The notes below the pieces were generated by a model. The model worked only from the letters and a program-made list of their open reading frames with translations, was not told the DNA's origin and ran no database searches. A DNA stretch of 64,000 nt, taken from Candidatus Bathyarchaeota archaeon (GTDB lineage Archaea; Thermoproteota; Bathyarchaeia; Bathyarchaeales; Bathycorpusculaceae). The position numbers and the translations under genes are program-made. The stretch is from NCBI GenBank assembly GCA_963715865.1, contig OY970280.1, forward strand, positions 1,600,001-1,664,000. Direction: 5' to 3'. How positions within the stretch are numbered: the first letter of the stretch is position 1; each line of letters begins with the position of its first letter. This document shows positions 29,494-39,863 of this stretch, one piece after another.

Positions 29494-29982
29494 TTATTCG
29501 CTACCGAATAGTTGTTCGTAGTTGCCAGCATCAATTTCCTTTTGCACTTCTCGCGGGTCTTTACCTTCAACCGTAACTCCTAAACTCACGCAGGTTCCAA
29601 GCATCTCTTTCGTTGCCTTCTTGAGGGTTGGCGCTAAAAGTTCATGCCGCTTAATTTTCGCGATTCGCACCATCTGCTCCATAGACAAGTTGCCTACTTT
29701 AACAGTGTTAGGTGTTCCTGAACCCTTTTCAATTTTCAACTCTGCAACGATTAATGCGGAAGCGGTTGGAGTGCCAACGGATACGTCGAAGGTTTTGTCC
29801 TCAGTATCAACGCTGATTTTCACTGGAACCTTCATTCCAGCATAGTCTTTTGTAAGCTCGTTAATCTTGTTGACGACAGCCATGATGTTGAGGCCTAATG
29901 GACCAAGAGCAGGACCTAACGGTGGACCTGCATTGGCTTGCCCGCCATTTACGAGCAATTCTACAACTTTTTTCTCGCTCAT
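29494..29982 (-). CDS. rpl11: 50S ribosomal protein uL11
   Basis: [28 protein letters not shown]. Confidence 0.97.
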   Translation of the reverse strand: MSEKKVVELLVNGGQANAGPPLGPALGPLGLNIMAVVNKINELTKDYAGMKVPVKISVDTEDKTFDVSVGTPTASALIVAELKIEKGSGTPNTVKVGNLSMEQMVRIAKIKRHELLAPTLKKATKEMLGTCVSLGVTVEGKDPREVQKEIDAGNYEQLFGSE

Positions 29983-30000
29983 TTTTCTGTTTCACCAGTT

Positions 30001-30474
30001 TTATCTTTTTGCTTTTTCCACTAGTTTTACATAGTCTGAGTGTACTGTGATTGGCAAAGTGAATGTTGCCTCAAGCAATTCGAGGGTAACTTCGCCTTTT
30101 GACTTGTCGAGTCTTGTGATTTTGGCTCGCATGCCTTTGAACGGTCCACCAGTGATTTCGACAACATCATCCTCATTTAGGTCTTCCATGACTGGTTTTC
30201 GAACAATGTATCGTTCTATTTCGTTGAAGCTTACGAGCCCAGGGATTCTGGAGCGGACGTGTCTTAAGCCTGCGATGGCTTCTTCCACTAAATGTGGTCC
30301 ATCAGCTTCAACAAACACATATCCTTTTAACGTATCTGGTACAAGAAGAGCTTTTATGGGAATGCGGTTCATTTCAACTTTTGAAGCTATCAATCGTGCT
30401 ACGTTGCGTTCTTGTCCTGTTGTGGTTTTGACAACGAAAATTTTTGCTTGCATTTGCTCTTCTTTTTTATCCAT
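30001..30474 (-). CDS. spt5: Transcription elongation factor Spt5/NusG
   Basis: KTTTGQE, LKGYVFVE, KOW motif GGPFKG. Confidence 0.96.
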   Translation of the reverse strand: MDKKEEQMQAKIFVVKTTTGQERNVARLIASKVEMNRIPIKALLVPDTLKGYVFVEADGPHLVEEAIAGLRHVRSRIPGLVSFNEIERYIVRKPVMEDLNEDDVVEITGGPFKGMRAKITRLDKSKGEVTLELLEATFTLPITVHSDYVKLVEKAKR

Positions 30475-30486
30475 AAATTTTCATTC

Positions 30487-30675
30487 CTAAGCTGATGCAC
30501 CTGTAGTTGCGCCGCTTATTGCGTAAGTTAAGAGTTTAATTACGAAACCGATTAAACCAATTGCTCCTATGCCTAGGAGGCTGATTTTTATTGATAGCCA
30601 AAGCTCGTCTCTTCCCGGTTTTATAGCTAGCTTTAAGGTTCTTGATGCCTGCGTTAGCCAAGATTTTATTCCCAT
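30487..30675 (-). CDS. secE: Protein translocase subunit SecE/Sec61-gamma
   Basis: LAIKPGRDE plus TM helix GIGAIGLIGFVI; canonical position before spt5. Confidence 0.92.
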   Translation of the reverse strand: MGIKSWLTQASRTLKLAIKPGRDELWLSIKISLLGIGAIGLIGFVIKLLTYAISGATTGASA

Positions 30676-30793
30676 ATTTATCGCACACTCAAGATTTCAT
30701 TTATGAATAATAAACATTACTGTAACTTAGAGTTTAAAAACTACTTTATCAAGACTTTTAAAGTTATCTTAACGAGGCATAACGTATTTTTGG

Positions 30794-31618
30794 TTAAACT
30801 TTCTTGAAAGGCAACCCAACATCCTGCAGCGCCGATAACAGTTTTGGCTTGTCTTGGCTTCTGATTCCTTTCCAATCAAGAATCGCCAACGAAACTTTCT
30901 CCAAAGTTTTCTCGATGCATTGCGATAATATTTCAGAATCAATAATGGAGACAGCGTATTTGGGAATCATGTGGCCAAAAACGGCTTCGCCAGCCAAAGC
31001 CATACGCGTGAACTTTTGGTTGTAGTGCGTTCCGCCTATTCCAACAACTGCTGAATTAGCGGTTTTCGGGAAATTGGCGATTGCAGACATTGCGGAGTGG
31101 GCAACGGCTTGTGCAGCTTTGGAATCGCTCCATTGCGCTGGGGAGCTGCCTAACTCAACAAACATCGCTGGCACATTCAAACTTGGACCATGATGTGTGC
31201 ACTCGTAGGATACTTCATAGTCGAGGCTTAATTCTTCTTTGTAGTGCAATAGTGCTTTTAACGCGTCACGCATTGCGGTTGCAGGGGAAACTGAGATTTT
31301 TCTGGGCAATCCGCCTAGTTCTGCATCGCCAAGGTTTCCTGGCGTGTGGACGGATAGGGTTGGTTTGCCACTTGCGCTGCTGTGTCTGGAGATAAAGACG
31401 ATTAAGTCTGCGTTTGGAAAGTTGTCGGGTAGGTTTTGTGCTTTAACAGATTCTTCGCTTAAAGTCGCAAGCGTCATGTTTTTACCGTTTAAGTCAGCGG
31501 TGTAGAGTGGGGTTTGCTGGAAGGCTTCAGCGGTTTTGTTGAAGGGGTAGTGGTTGAGGATTTGCTGTTTGATGTTCAGGCTTGCAGTGTCCTTGTTTGA
31601 GGCTACAATAAGAATCAT
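30794..31618 (-). CDS. dtdA: D-aminoacyl-tRNA deacylase (archaeal DtdA/GEK1 type)
   Basis: SRHSS, LSVHTPGN, YECTHHGPS, FVELGS, GIGGTHY. Confidence 0.92.
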   Translation of the reverse strand: MILIVASNKDTASLNIKQQILNHYPFNKTAEAFQQTPLYTADLNGKNMTLATLSEESVKAQNLPDNFPNADLIVFISRHSSASGKPTLSVHTPGNLGDAELGGLPRKISVSPATAMRDALKALLHYKEELSLDYEVSYECTHHGPSLNVPAMFVELGSSPAQWSDSKAAQAVAHSAMSAIANFPKTANSAVVGIGGTHYNQKFTRMALAGEAVFGHMIPKYAVSIIDSEILSQCIEKTLEKVSLAILDWKGIRSQDKPKLLSALQDVGLPFKKV

Positions 31619-31717
31619 GCTGGTTCTCTTCGTTATAGTGTGTTGTTTGGATGAAAAGGTTTTCCATAAAGCTTATAATTGCTGGCTTGGTCAGCGTTAC
31701 TGGAAGGCAAAGTAAAG

Positions 31718-32629
31718 ATGCATTTGATTAATTTCAAAGAGTTATCTGGTCAAGAGCTTGATGCGCTAGTTGATTTAGGCGTTGAAGTTAAGCATAACCC
31801 TAAAAAATACCGTAAAGCGTTTGAGGGTAAGTCGGCTGCGTTGATTTTTCAGAAAACTTCCACTCGCACAAGGGTTGCTTTTGAAGTGGCGATGACGCAG
31901 CTTGGCGGTCACGGTTTGTTTATTGATTGGAGAACCACGAATTTCACGTTAGCTGACATATCGGATGAAGTTCAGTATTTGTCGCGTAATGTTGACTGCA
32001 TCATGGCCAGATTGCTGTACAATGCTGACCTCCTGAAGATGGCTAACGCTTCCCGTGTTCCAGTAATCAACGGCTGCGACGAGAAGTATCATCCAACACA
32101 AGCTTTAGCAGATTTAATCACCATAAAAGAAAAGAAAGGCAAACTGAAAGGCGCTAAACTCGTTTACATTGGCGTCCACAATAACGTCTGCAACTCGCTC
32201 ATTGAAGGCTGCACCAAAACAGGAGCCAAACTAACAACGGTTACACCGATTTTCAACGAAGTAGCAAGAGACGATGAATTGCTGGCTGAAGCGAAGAAGA
32301 CTGGATTGTGGCAGTCAACCTTAGATGTAAAAAAAGCGGTTAAAGAAGCGGATTTCGTTTACACGGACACGTGGATTGACATGGAATTCTTCACTGACCC
32401 AAAGTTTGCTGCTGAAAAGGACAAGCGGATTAAGCTTATGATGCCATACCAAATCAACGCTGAACTGCTGAAAGGCAGCAGCGCGTATATTATGCATGAC
32501 ATGCCTATTCACAGAGGATACGAAATAAGCGCAGAAGCCATTGAGAATCTGAAGTCGGTGATTTATGAGCAGGCAGAAAATAGGCTATACTCAGCTAAGG
32601 CAATTTTTCTTAAGCTGCTGGGTGCTTAA
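31718..32629 (+). CDS. argF: Ornithine carbamoyltransferase family
   Basis: STRT, HPTQALAD, EQAENR; HDMP replaces HCLP. Confidence 0.85.
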   Translation: MHLINFKELSGQELDALVDLGVEVKHNPKKYRKAFEGKSAALIFQKTSTRTRVAFEVAMTQLGGHGLFIDWRTTNFTLADISDEVQYLSRNVDCIMARLLYNADLLKMANASRVPVINGCDEKYHPTQALADLITIKEKKGKLKGAKLVYIGVHNNVCNSLIEGCTKTGAKLTTVTPIFNEVARDDELLAEAKKTGLWQSTLDVKKAVKEADFVYTDTWIDMEFFTDPKFAAEKDKRIKLMMPYQINAELLKGSSAYIMHDMPIHRGYEISAEAIENLKSVIYEQAENRLYSAKAIFLKLLGA

Positions 32630-32783
32630 GCGCTCTTTTTTATCTATACCCCTCTATGAATAGTCTTAACGTTTGATTAGGTGACATGCTGAGGTTTATG
32701 TGCTCTCAAACAAGAAGAGTGTAGCCAATCTTTGTGAGCAGCTTTTACGTTTTTCTTTTTGTTTACAGACAAGCTGCCAATGA

Positions 32784-33245
32784 TTATTTAGTTTCGCTTA
32801 TTGTTTGGATTTTGAAGTTTGGGTTTATGGTTGAGAGAAGTTCGAGATACCTTTTGTTTTTCTTCAGGTTTTGAATGCCCTGATCCTCTGTTATTAAGGC
32901 GTCACAACAGTTGAGTGCAGTTGAAAGGATTAGGCAGTCTATGAAGTCAACCATTAAGCTCCGGAGAATGAAGGCTGTTAAGAGGATTTTGCTATCATAC
33001 GTTGGGATTTTTTCGATAATATCATCATAAAACAATGACCTAATACCGCGTGTGACTCGCTCAGGTAAGAGTTCCTTATTGAGAACGTATTTTGCGCCTT
33101 TTGCTGAAAGCTCGTAAAGGCTTATCTGGCTAATAGCGATTTCATGCCCTTTTGTGTTTAGTGTGATTAAGGCATCTTTGGAAAGCCCTTTAATAGAAAT
33201 GCCTACGGTTGGAAGAAGATAGGTTGTATCCAGTAAAAGTTTCAA
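32784..33245 (-). CDS. vapC: PIN-domain toxin (VapC)
   Basis: LLLDTTYLL, ISLYEL, DFIDCLI, LITED; 4-bp overlap with the antitoxin. Confidence 0.88.
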   Translation of the reverse strand: MKLLLDTTYLLPTVGISIKGLSKDALITLNTKGHEIAISQISLYELSAKGAKYVLNKELLPERVTRGIRSLFYDDIIEKIPTYDSKILLTAFILRSLMVDFIDCLILSTALNCCDALITEDQGIQNLKKNKRYLELLSTINPNFKIQTISETK

Positions 33246-33475
33246 GCCTCAGCCTGCCTGGAAAGTTCTTTTCTTTGTTTGTGAAATTCTTCCAAGGTTA
33301 TTTCTACAGGAGTATCTTCTTGGAGCACTTCTTTGATTGTTGGGACTGGTTCGACTATAAGCCTTCCTGATTCCATCTTGAAGATTACTTTAGTGCAGGC
33401 TTTAAGTCCTAATTTTTCTCGTATTTTCTTGGGAGGAAATAATTCCCCTTTTGAGCCTACTCGACTTTCTTGCAT
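33242..33475 (-). CDS. vapB: AbrB/MazE-type antitoxin (VapB)
   Basis: RVGSKGELFPPKKIREKLGL...LIVEP. Confidence 0.88.
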   Translation of the reverse strand: MQESRVGSKGELFPPKKIREKLGLKACTKVIFKMESGRLIVEPVPTIKEVLQEDTPVEITLEEFHKQRKELSRQAEA

Positions 33476-33492
33476 TCTTCTGAATCACCGAA

Positions 33493-33508
33493 TGTAATAA
33501 AGATTACA
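33493..33508. promoter_or_regulatory. Putative vapBC autoregulatory operator TGTAAT-N4-ATTACA
   Basis: Perfect 6-bp inverted repeat between the TATA-like element and the GGTGA RBS of vapB. Confidence 0.6.
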
Positions 33509-33601
33509 GAAAAAATTAAACTTTTCGGAATAGTTTGATTTTTTGAAGGCATATTTTCTACAAGAAAAAAATTTTAGTGAGAATATTTCAAAAAAAATCA
33601 G

Positions 33602-34030
33602 CTAAAGACACTTAATGTAGCCGCATGAGTAGCATTTTCCGTCATGCACACAGACCACGTCTCCGCAGCTTGGGCATCGGTGCTTCTCTGTTTGACTTGC
33701 TAAAAACTCGTCCATGCCGTTAGCTTTCAGCATTTTGAGGTTTTCAACCATGCTCATGCCATAGCGTTCTCGGTAGCGCCTGTCTAAGCGGTCTAGGTTC
33801 TTGCAGGGCATCGCTTCGCATTCGTAGCAGAATTGGATTTGGTGTTTGGAGAGTTTGCTGCATTTTCTTTTGATGAAACAGTTCTTGCCTCTGGGAAGAC
33901 AGCCTGCGCAGTGAGTTACTTTGCCCCTTTGCCGCGGTATTCCTCGCGAATAGGCTATGTATCCTTTGCATAAGGCGCAGTTCATTCCGCAAGGCGCAAT
34001 TAGCTCAGAGACAAAATTGTGTTTGTTCAT
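33602..34030 (-). CDS. DUF3795-like Cys-rich metal-binding protein
   Basis: APCGMNCALC, CAGC, FCYEC..PC, terminal CPSCG/CYSCG. Confidence 0.8.
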   Translation of the reverse strand: MNKHNFVSELIAPCGMNCALCKGYIAYSRGIPRQRGKVTHCAGCLPRGKNCFIKRKCSKLSKHQIQFCYECEAMPCKNLDRLDRRYRERYGMSMVENLKMLKANGMDEFLASQTEKHRCPSCGDVVCVHDGKCYSCGYIKCL

Positions 34031-34262
34031 TAGTTTTTATTTGAAATGTTATGAACTTAACGGTTTCGCTATATGTTAGCGAATTCACAAAAAACTCTAC
34101 GTTTCGGCTTAATCTGGTGTTATGTTTGTTGGTTGACGTTAGCATTGTAACTGTGTCAATACAACAACAAAGTTTTTTTAAACAATTCAGCACTAACTCC
34201 TTTAGCGGAATTTTGGTTTAGAGCACGAAGAGAGGATAATTAATATAGCCTTAGTGAAGTGA

Positions 34263-35216
34263 ATGCTATTGTTTTTATCTAGAGGTTTAAAGAACATTCT
34301 TGCACGCGGTATCTCAGCAGTTTTGCCTAAGGTAGCTTGGGATGAAAAATGTTTCCTCATATTTGAGAAAGCGGGCTTTCATATTACGCCAAACAATTTT
34401 TACTATCCAATCCCTGAACTAAACTCTTTAGATGCTAATTTATGGGAAAATGAATCTGAGCTTACTGGTTTAGACATTAATATAAACGAGCAACTTAGAT
34501 TATTGACCCAGATCTTTCCACTGTTCAAAGAAGAATATACTTTTCCAATAGAAAAAACAAGCATACCACATGAATACTACCTAAATAACTCCTGTTTTGG
34601 CGCGGTTGACGCAGAAGTATTGCATTCAATGATACGTTACTTTAAACCTAAAAAAATAATAGAAATCGGCTCAGGATTCTCAACATACATTTCCGCAAGA
34701 GCAAGCCGCCTAAACAAGGAGAAAGATGAAGTAAACACTGAGCTTACTGCGGTTGAACCATTTCCAAATGACACCTTAAAAAAAGGTTTCCCAGGCTTAT
34801 CTACCTTAATTCAAAAACCGCTTGAACAGGTGAATTTAGATTTATTCTCAAGTTTAGAAGCGAATGATATTTTGTTTATTGATTCAACGCATGTGCTAAA
34901 AATTGGTGGTGACGTAAAATACTTGTATCTGGAGATTTTGCCCAGACTTAGAAATGGCGTTATCGTTCATAGCCACGATATTTTCCTTCCCAGAGAATAT
35001 CCTAAAAGTTGGGTGCTAGAGAACCATTGGTTTTGGACTGAACAATACCTTTTGCAAGCCTTCTTAGCTTTCAATAGTGCCTTTGAAATCTTGTGGGCTA
35101 GTCAATACATGAGCCGCAAGTATCCTAACGAATCAAGTTTTGTGTTTCCTTCCTACCGTAAAGATAGCTTATTAGGCCCAGGCAGTTTTTGGATCAAAAG
35201 AAAGGTAAATAGTTAA
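34263..35216 (+). CDS. Class I SAM-dependent methyltransferase (Methyltransf_24-like)
   Basis: IIEIGSGFST, LFIDSTH, VHSHDIFLP, WTEQYLL. Confidence 0.85.
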   Translation: MLLFLSRGLKNILARGISAVLPKVAWDEKCFLIFEKAGFHITPNNFYYPIPELNSLDANLWENESELTGLDININEQLRLLTQIFPLFKEEYTFPIEKTSIPHEYYLNNSCFGAVDAEVLHSMIRYFKPKKIIEIGSGFSTYISARASRLNKEKDEVNTELTAVEPFPNDTLKKGFPGLSTLIQKPLEQVNLDLFSSLEANDILFIDSTHVLKIGGDVKYLYLEILPRLRNGVIVHSHDIFLPREYPKSWVLENHWFWTEQYLLQAFLAFNSAFEILWASQYMSRKYPNESSFVFPSYRKDSLLGPGSFWIKRKVNS

Positions 35217-35336
35217 AAATTAAATTTCAACCGTACCTTTGAAAGAGGACTATGTGATTAACAGGTTACCTTGGTTTTGAGGGATAATTCTTAATTACCG
35301 CGTCCTCTAAAGTGTCTGGCTTGAGGGAAAAATAAA

Positions 35337-36404
35337 ATGGTAAAGATGGATTTCGGTGGCGTCATAGAAGATGTCATCACTCGTAAAGAGTTCACAGTGG
35401 CGCAAGCCCAAAAAATCCTAAAAGACGAAGTCGTCGTCTCACTTGGCTACGGCATTCAAGGCCGAGCTCAATCACTCAACATGCGAGACAACGGAATAAA
35501 AGTAATCATTGGACAAGAAAACACAGGCGTACACAAAGCATACTACGACTTGGCAGTCCAAGACGGATGGGTTCTAGGAAAAAACCTGTTCCCAATGGAA
35601 GAAGCAGCCAAAAAAGGAACAATCAAAATGTTCCTACTCACAGACGCAGGACAAAAAGACGTTTGGCCAACTGTTAAAAAAACACTCAAAGAAGGCGACG
35701 CCCTGTACTTCTCACACGGATTCTCAATCGTTTACAAGGAACAAACAGGCGTCATTCCACCAAAAAACGTCGACGTTATCCTAGTAGCACCAAAAGGTTC
35801 AGGCACATCCGTTAGAAGAAACTTTGTTGACGGAAGCGGCATAAACTGCAGCTTCGCCGTCCACCAAGACGCCACTGGCAAAGCACAGGACCGCGTAAAA
35901 GCCATCGGCATCGCCATCGGCGCAGGCTACCTGTTTCCAACAACCTTCGAAAAAGAAGTGTACAGCGACCTCACTGGCGAACGAGGCGTTTTAATGGGTG
36001 CTTTAGCAGGCATCATGGAAGCACAGTACAACACGCTGCGCGAACGCGGACACAGCCCAAGCGAAGCCTTCAACGAAACCGTCGAAGAACTAACCCAAAG
36101 CCTAATTCGCCTTGTAGATGAGAACGGCATGGACTGGATGTACTGCAACTGCAGCGAAACAGCACGCATCGGCGCACTGCGCTGGAGAGAACGCTTCCGC
36201 GACGGAACCAAGCCACTGTTCGATTCATTGTATGATTTGGTGGCTGCAGGCGAAGAAACACGCATCGTTCTGGAAAAAAGCAAAGCACCGGACTACAGGC
36301 AAAAACTCGCTGATGAACTTAAAGCCATGGGTAACAGCGAGATGTGGCGCACAGGCGCAACCGTGCGCTCATTAAGACCAGGAAAACAGAAGAAGCAAGA
36401 ATAA
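35337..36404 (+). CDS. ilvC: Ketol-acid reductoisomerase (Bacteroidota/fungal Ilv5-like type)
   Basis: GYGIQG, FSHGF, VAPKGSG, SDLTGERGVLMG, SPSEAFNETVEE. Confidence 0.93.
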   Translation: MVKMDFGGVIEDVITRKEFTVAQAQKILKDEVVVSLGYGIQGRAQSLNMRDNGIKVIIGQENTGVHKAYYDLAVQDGWVLGKNLFPMEEAAKKGTIKMFLLTDAGQKDVWPTVKKTLKEGDALYFSHGFSIVYKEQTGVIPPKNVDVILVAPKGSGTSVRRNFVDGSGINCSFAVHQDATGKAQDRVKAIGIAIGAGYLFPTTFEKEVYSDLTGERGVLMGALAGIMEAQYNTLRERGHSPSEAFNETVEELTQSLIRLVDENGMDWMYCNCSETARIGALRWRERFRDGTKPLFDSLYDLVAAGEETRIVLEKSKAPDYRQKLADELKAMGNSEMWRTGATVRSLRPGKQKKQE

Positions 36405-36531
36405 ACTTCTTTTTCCAATCTTTTAATTTTATTTTTATGCAGTTTCCGCCTTGACTATACGTCAAGTTCTTGGGTTTGGCAAGCTAATTTTTTATATCTG
36501 AAAGCAACGCTTTGCTAAAACAACAAGGGGC

Positions 36532-36816
36532 TTAGTCTTGGATTACATTACAGTTGCTGCAGTAGCTGTCTTTGCAGTGACGCTTTTCTTGATGATTAAG
36601 CGTCCACGCGGTTTGCGGCTTGGCTATGCGGCTGGAAACGATGCGGCGGAAAGGCGTCAACATCAGCCTTAAAGAATACCTGAAAGTTGGTGCTGTATTG
36701 TCCATCGCGCAAGTTGCTATTGCATCAGCGGTGTTGTGGGCTGAATTGGGCATGGGCTTTAGGTTAATGCTATAGCGCTCTGAAAAGGCAATATAATCTC
36801 TATCTGGTACGTTCAA
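36532..36816 (-). other. Unidentified ORF, probably 3'-truncated where it collides with the transporter remnant
   Basis: TTG after AAGGAAGG; the first ~60 codons look coding. Confidence 0.3.
36538..36672 (+). pseudogene. N-terminal remnant of an ArsB/citrate-transporter-like membrane protein
   Basis: Hand-translated MDYITVAAVAVFAVTLFLMIKRPRGLRLGYAAG then unrelated sequence; family recognised from memory only. Confidence 0.5.
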
Positions 36817-37079
36817 TTTCCTTCCTTGACTGAAAACTACTAATTATTAGGATACGATAGCTAAAACTAACTTTTGATGACTGGTGAGTATCCATTTATC
36901 CTGCAAAATAGATGAGTTAAATTGCATGAGCCTCACCAGAGTAAACACTTGGACTATTCTATTAAACTTTTAATACTTAACAAATCCTTGAGGGTAAAAC
37001 TAGAAAAAGAAAAGAAGAACCTGAAGACTGGGCAATGAGTCTTATTTCAATTTCTTTCAGTTAAATACAAAGCTGACAT

Positions 37080-37394
37080 CTATTTCTTTAGTTCTATCAC
37101 TAACAAGTCTATAACGGAGTCGCCAACATTTGTCGCTTCATGATTTTGTGCAGTCATAAAAACTGCTTTGCCTTCAGTTAAGTCCATCGTGTCAGTTTTT
37201 CCTTCAGAAGTAATCTTTAATTTTCCACCCTTTAACACGTAGACTACATGTTCGGGGTGATGATGCATTTTTGCTGTGTCGCCTGGCTTAAAAACTACTT
37301 TGAGAACGCGTACCTTCTCATTTTCATTAATAAAATTGTAGACGTTTGAAGCAACAGAAACCGGGTCCAAATCCATTTGTGTCTTCATCAGCAA
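37080..37394 (-). CDS. Cupin-domain protein
   Basis: PGDTAKMHHHP.HVVYVLKGG and QNHEATN cupin motifs. Confidence 0.85.
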   Translation of the reverse strand: MLMKTQMDLDPVSVASNVYNFINENEKVRVLKVVFKPGDTAKMHHHPEHVVYVLKGGKLKITSEGKTDTMDLTEGKAVFMTAQNHEATNVGDSVIDLLVIELKK

Positions 37395-37585
37395 TCACCT
37401 CCAAAATCGGTCTATGACAAACAGAGAATGTTACAAAAACATAAAATAAAACCTTGTGGCGAACACCATGCAACCACACAAAAAAGTTCAAAATGGTGGA
37501 GCTAAGTGCACTTGGATTCAAGCTTTTTTAAATACAAGCAAATAACAGATTTAAACAAAGCAAAAACCACTTTAAGTGAACCAAA

Positions 37586-38797
37586 ATGATAATCAACAAA
37601 GCAAACTTGAATCCTGACTCCTTAAAAGGAGAAATTGCCCTTGTAACAGGGGCTGGACGAGGAATCGGCTATGAAGCAGCAAAAACCCTTGCTTGGCTTG
37701 GCGCAAAAGTAGTTATCGCCGAAATTAACGAACAAAACGGAAAAACCGCTGAAGAAAGTATCAACAAAGAGTTCGGAGCTGGAGAAGCGTTTTTTGTTAA
37801 AACAGATGTTGGCAATGAAAAAGACCTTGATAAACTGGCTGAAGCAGCACTAAAAAAGTTTGGCAAAGTTGACATAGTTCTAAATAATGCTACAGTGTTT
37901 CCAATTGGCGCCGTTAAGGATACACCGATTGATTCATGGGATTTTAGTTATCGTGTTAATTTAAGAGGCCCAGTTCTTCTGGCAAGAAAATTCCTTCCAG
38001 CCATGACAGAACGCAAACACGGCGTATTCGTCTGCGTTTCATCCTCAGGCGCTGCACCATTCATAGGAGCGTACGAAGTGTTCAAAACAGCTCAAGTTGA
38101 ACTGGCAAACACTATCTCCGCTGAAGTTGAAGGCACAGGAGTATACGCTTTCACCATTGGCCCAGGCATTTCCCGCACGCCCGGATTTACTGAAGGCGGA
38201 GGAAAAGTTGCTTCGCTCATGGGAATGAGCTTGGATGAACTGTTTGAAATGAACAAAAACGCTCAGATTTCACCTGAAGCTGCCGGAACAGGCTTTGCAA
38301 TAGCTATTGCCCTTGCCAAAAGGTATCATGGTCAAGAGACAAGTTCAATCCAAGTGCTTAGGGAAGCTGGAATAGAGTTAACAGACGAGAAACAGAAAGC
38401 GCAAGAACAAGAAAAATTAGTCACTAAACCTATCGATATCCAAAATACAATTGAACTTTATGAGTTAGTGCAAAAAACATATCTTGAACAATCGGAAGGA
38501 TGGAAAAAACGCAACCTCTTCGAGAGGCAATGGATATCAAGAGACTTCAAGAAGAACACTGGAATGTCCATTGATGAGATGCAAACAACAGTAAAAGCCT
38601 TGGGAAACAGCTTAAAAACTCAGGCTTCAACAGCAGAGTTCGTTGAACCATTAAATCGGTTAGCAGCTTACTACGTACATCAGCAAGAACAGCTTAAAGG
38701 CTTCGAGAAAGACCCAAAGAAGCTAGAGGAAAACCTAAAAATCATTGACGGCTGGATAATAGATGTTAAGCAATTGGTGCAAGTATTAACAGCTTAA
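37586..38797 (+). CDS. SDR-family oxidoreductase with a C-terminal helical extension
   Basis: TGAGRGIG, VLNNA, SS, YEVFK, GPG. Confidence 0.88.
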   Translation: MIINKANLNPDSLKGEIALVTGAGRGIGYEAAKTLAWLGAKVVIAEINEQNGKTAEESINKEFGAGEAFFVKTDVGNEKDLDKLAEAALKKFGKVDIVLNNATVFPIGAVKDTPIDSWDFSYRVNLRGPVLLARKFLPAMTERKHGVFVCVSSSGAAPFIGAYEVFKTAQVELANTISAEVEGTGVYAFTIGPGISRTPGFTEGGGKVASLMGMSLDELFEMNKNAQISPEAAGTGFAIAIALAKRYHGQETSSIQVLREAGIELTDEKQKAQEQEKLVTKPIDIQNTIELYELVQKTYLEQSEGWKKRNLFERQWISRDFKKNTGMSIDEMQTTVKALGNSLKTQASTAEFVEPLNRLAAYYVHQQEQLKGFEKDPKKLEENLKIIDGWIIDVKQLVQVLTA

Positions 38798-38819
38798 GTT
38801 TCAAATGCCTGTGCTTGGT

Positions 38820-39863
38820 TTATTCAAGTTTTTTTAGTATTTCCCTGTAAACCGTTAAGGCAGTTTTTTCGTCGGTGACTCCTTTTAGGAGCATGCGTCC
38901 ACCATTAAATAAGCTAACTTCATATCCCTTGTAATTGAACATCAGAGCTAAACGCGACTTCAAACGCACATTAAACCGCTTATTTACGACTGGGTATACT
39001 TCATCAAGGTTCAGCTTTAACAGTTTTTCAGGGTTAATGTTAGCTGTATCTTTTCCACAAAGCCAAACAAGCCGCTCACCACCAGCAACCGAAGACAGCG
39101 CACCGTGGCACACAGGGCAGCGGGTGCTTTTTGAAATATCTATGCTGGTGAAATCCATGTCGCTGAAGTCGCAGACTAACAGTTTGCCCTTCAAAGTTGA
39201 GCCGATTCCAGCTAAGAGTTTTATGGTTTCCATAGCTTGCAAAGCGCCGATTATTCCAGTCGTTGCACCTAACACGCCACGAGTGCTGCAAGTTAGCAAG
39301 TCTGAGTCGGAAAGGTTAGGCATCAAACATTCTAAGCATCCAGTTTCAGGCGGAACAAACACCGATAGGTTGCCTTCAATTCCGATGGCTGCTCCGAAAA
39401 CGTATGGAACCTTCAATTTTACGCAGGCACGATTAACAAGGTAACGAGTCACCATGTTATCTAACCCGTCCACAACGCAGTCCACGCCATCTAAAAGGCG
39501 TTCAACATTGCTGGCGTTCACGTTTTCAGGAACTGCTTCAGCCTTGACAAGTGGATTAAGCTCTTGTAAACGTTTTGCTGCCACCTCAGCTTTTGGATAA
39601 TGCAAATCAGCCATTGTGTATAGGATTTGGCGGTGAAGATTCTGCGCCTCAACTGTGTCTTGGTCAATTAAACGAATGTAGCCCACGCCAGCCAAAGCAA
39701 GATAAAGTGAAGAAACCGTGCCCAATCCACCTGCACCGACAACTGCAACTTTAGACTTAGCCAAGCGCAGCTGTCCTTTTTTGCCTAATTCTTTCATTAT
39801 AACTTGGCGACTGCAGAAATCTTTAGCGAACGCTTCCTTTTCTGCCGCATCCACCTTAACCAT
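38820..39863 (-). CDS. HesA/MoeB/ThiF (E1-like) adenylyltransferase
   Basis: VVGAGGLG, DQDTVE..NLHRQ, DGLDN, CLEC...C...C..C. Confidence 0.92.
   Translation of the reverse strand: MVKVDAAEKEAFAKDFCSRQVIMKELGKKGQLRLAKSKVAVVGAGGLGTVSSLYLALAGVGYIRLIDQDTVEAQNLHRQILYTMADLHYPKAEVAAKRLQELNPLVKAEAVPENVNASNVERLLDGVDCVVDGLDNMVTRYLVNRACVKLKVPYVFGAAIGIEGNLSVFVPPETGCLECLMPNLSDSDLLTCSTRGVLGATTGIIGALQAMETIKLLAGIGSTLKGKLLVCDFSDMDFTSIDISKSTRCPVCHGALSSVAGGERLVWLCGKDTANINPEKLLKLNLDEVYPVVNKRFNVRLKSRLALMFNYKGYEVSLFNGGRMLLKGVTDEKTALTVYREILKKLE

Noticed and set aside
36874-36940. C/D box sRNA or riboswitch (TGATGA followed by the CTGGTGAG...CTCACCAG 8-bp stem)
   Set aside because: No box D (CTGA) at a suitable distance and no match to riboswitch consensus I can recall; a single 8-bp stem is weak evidence
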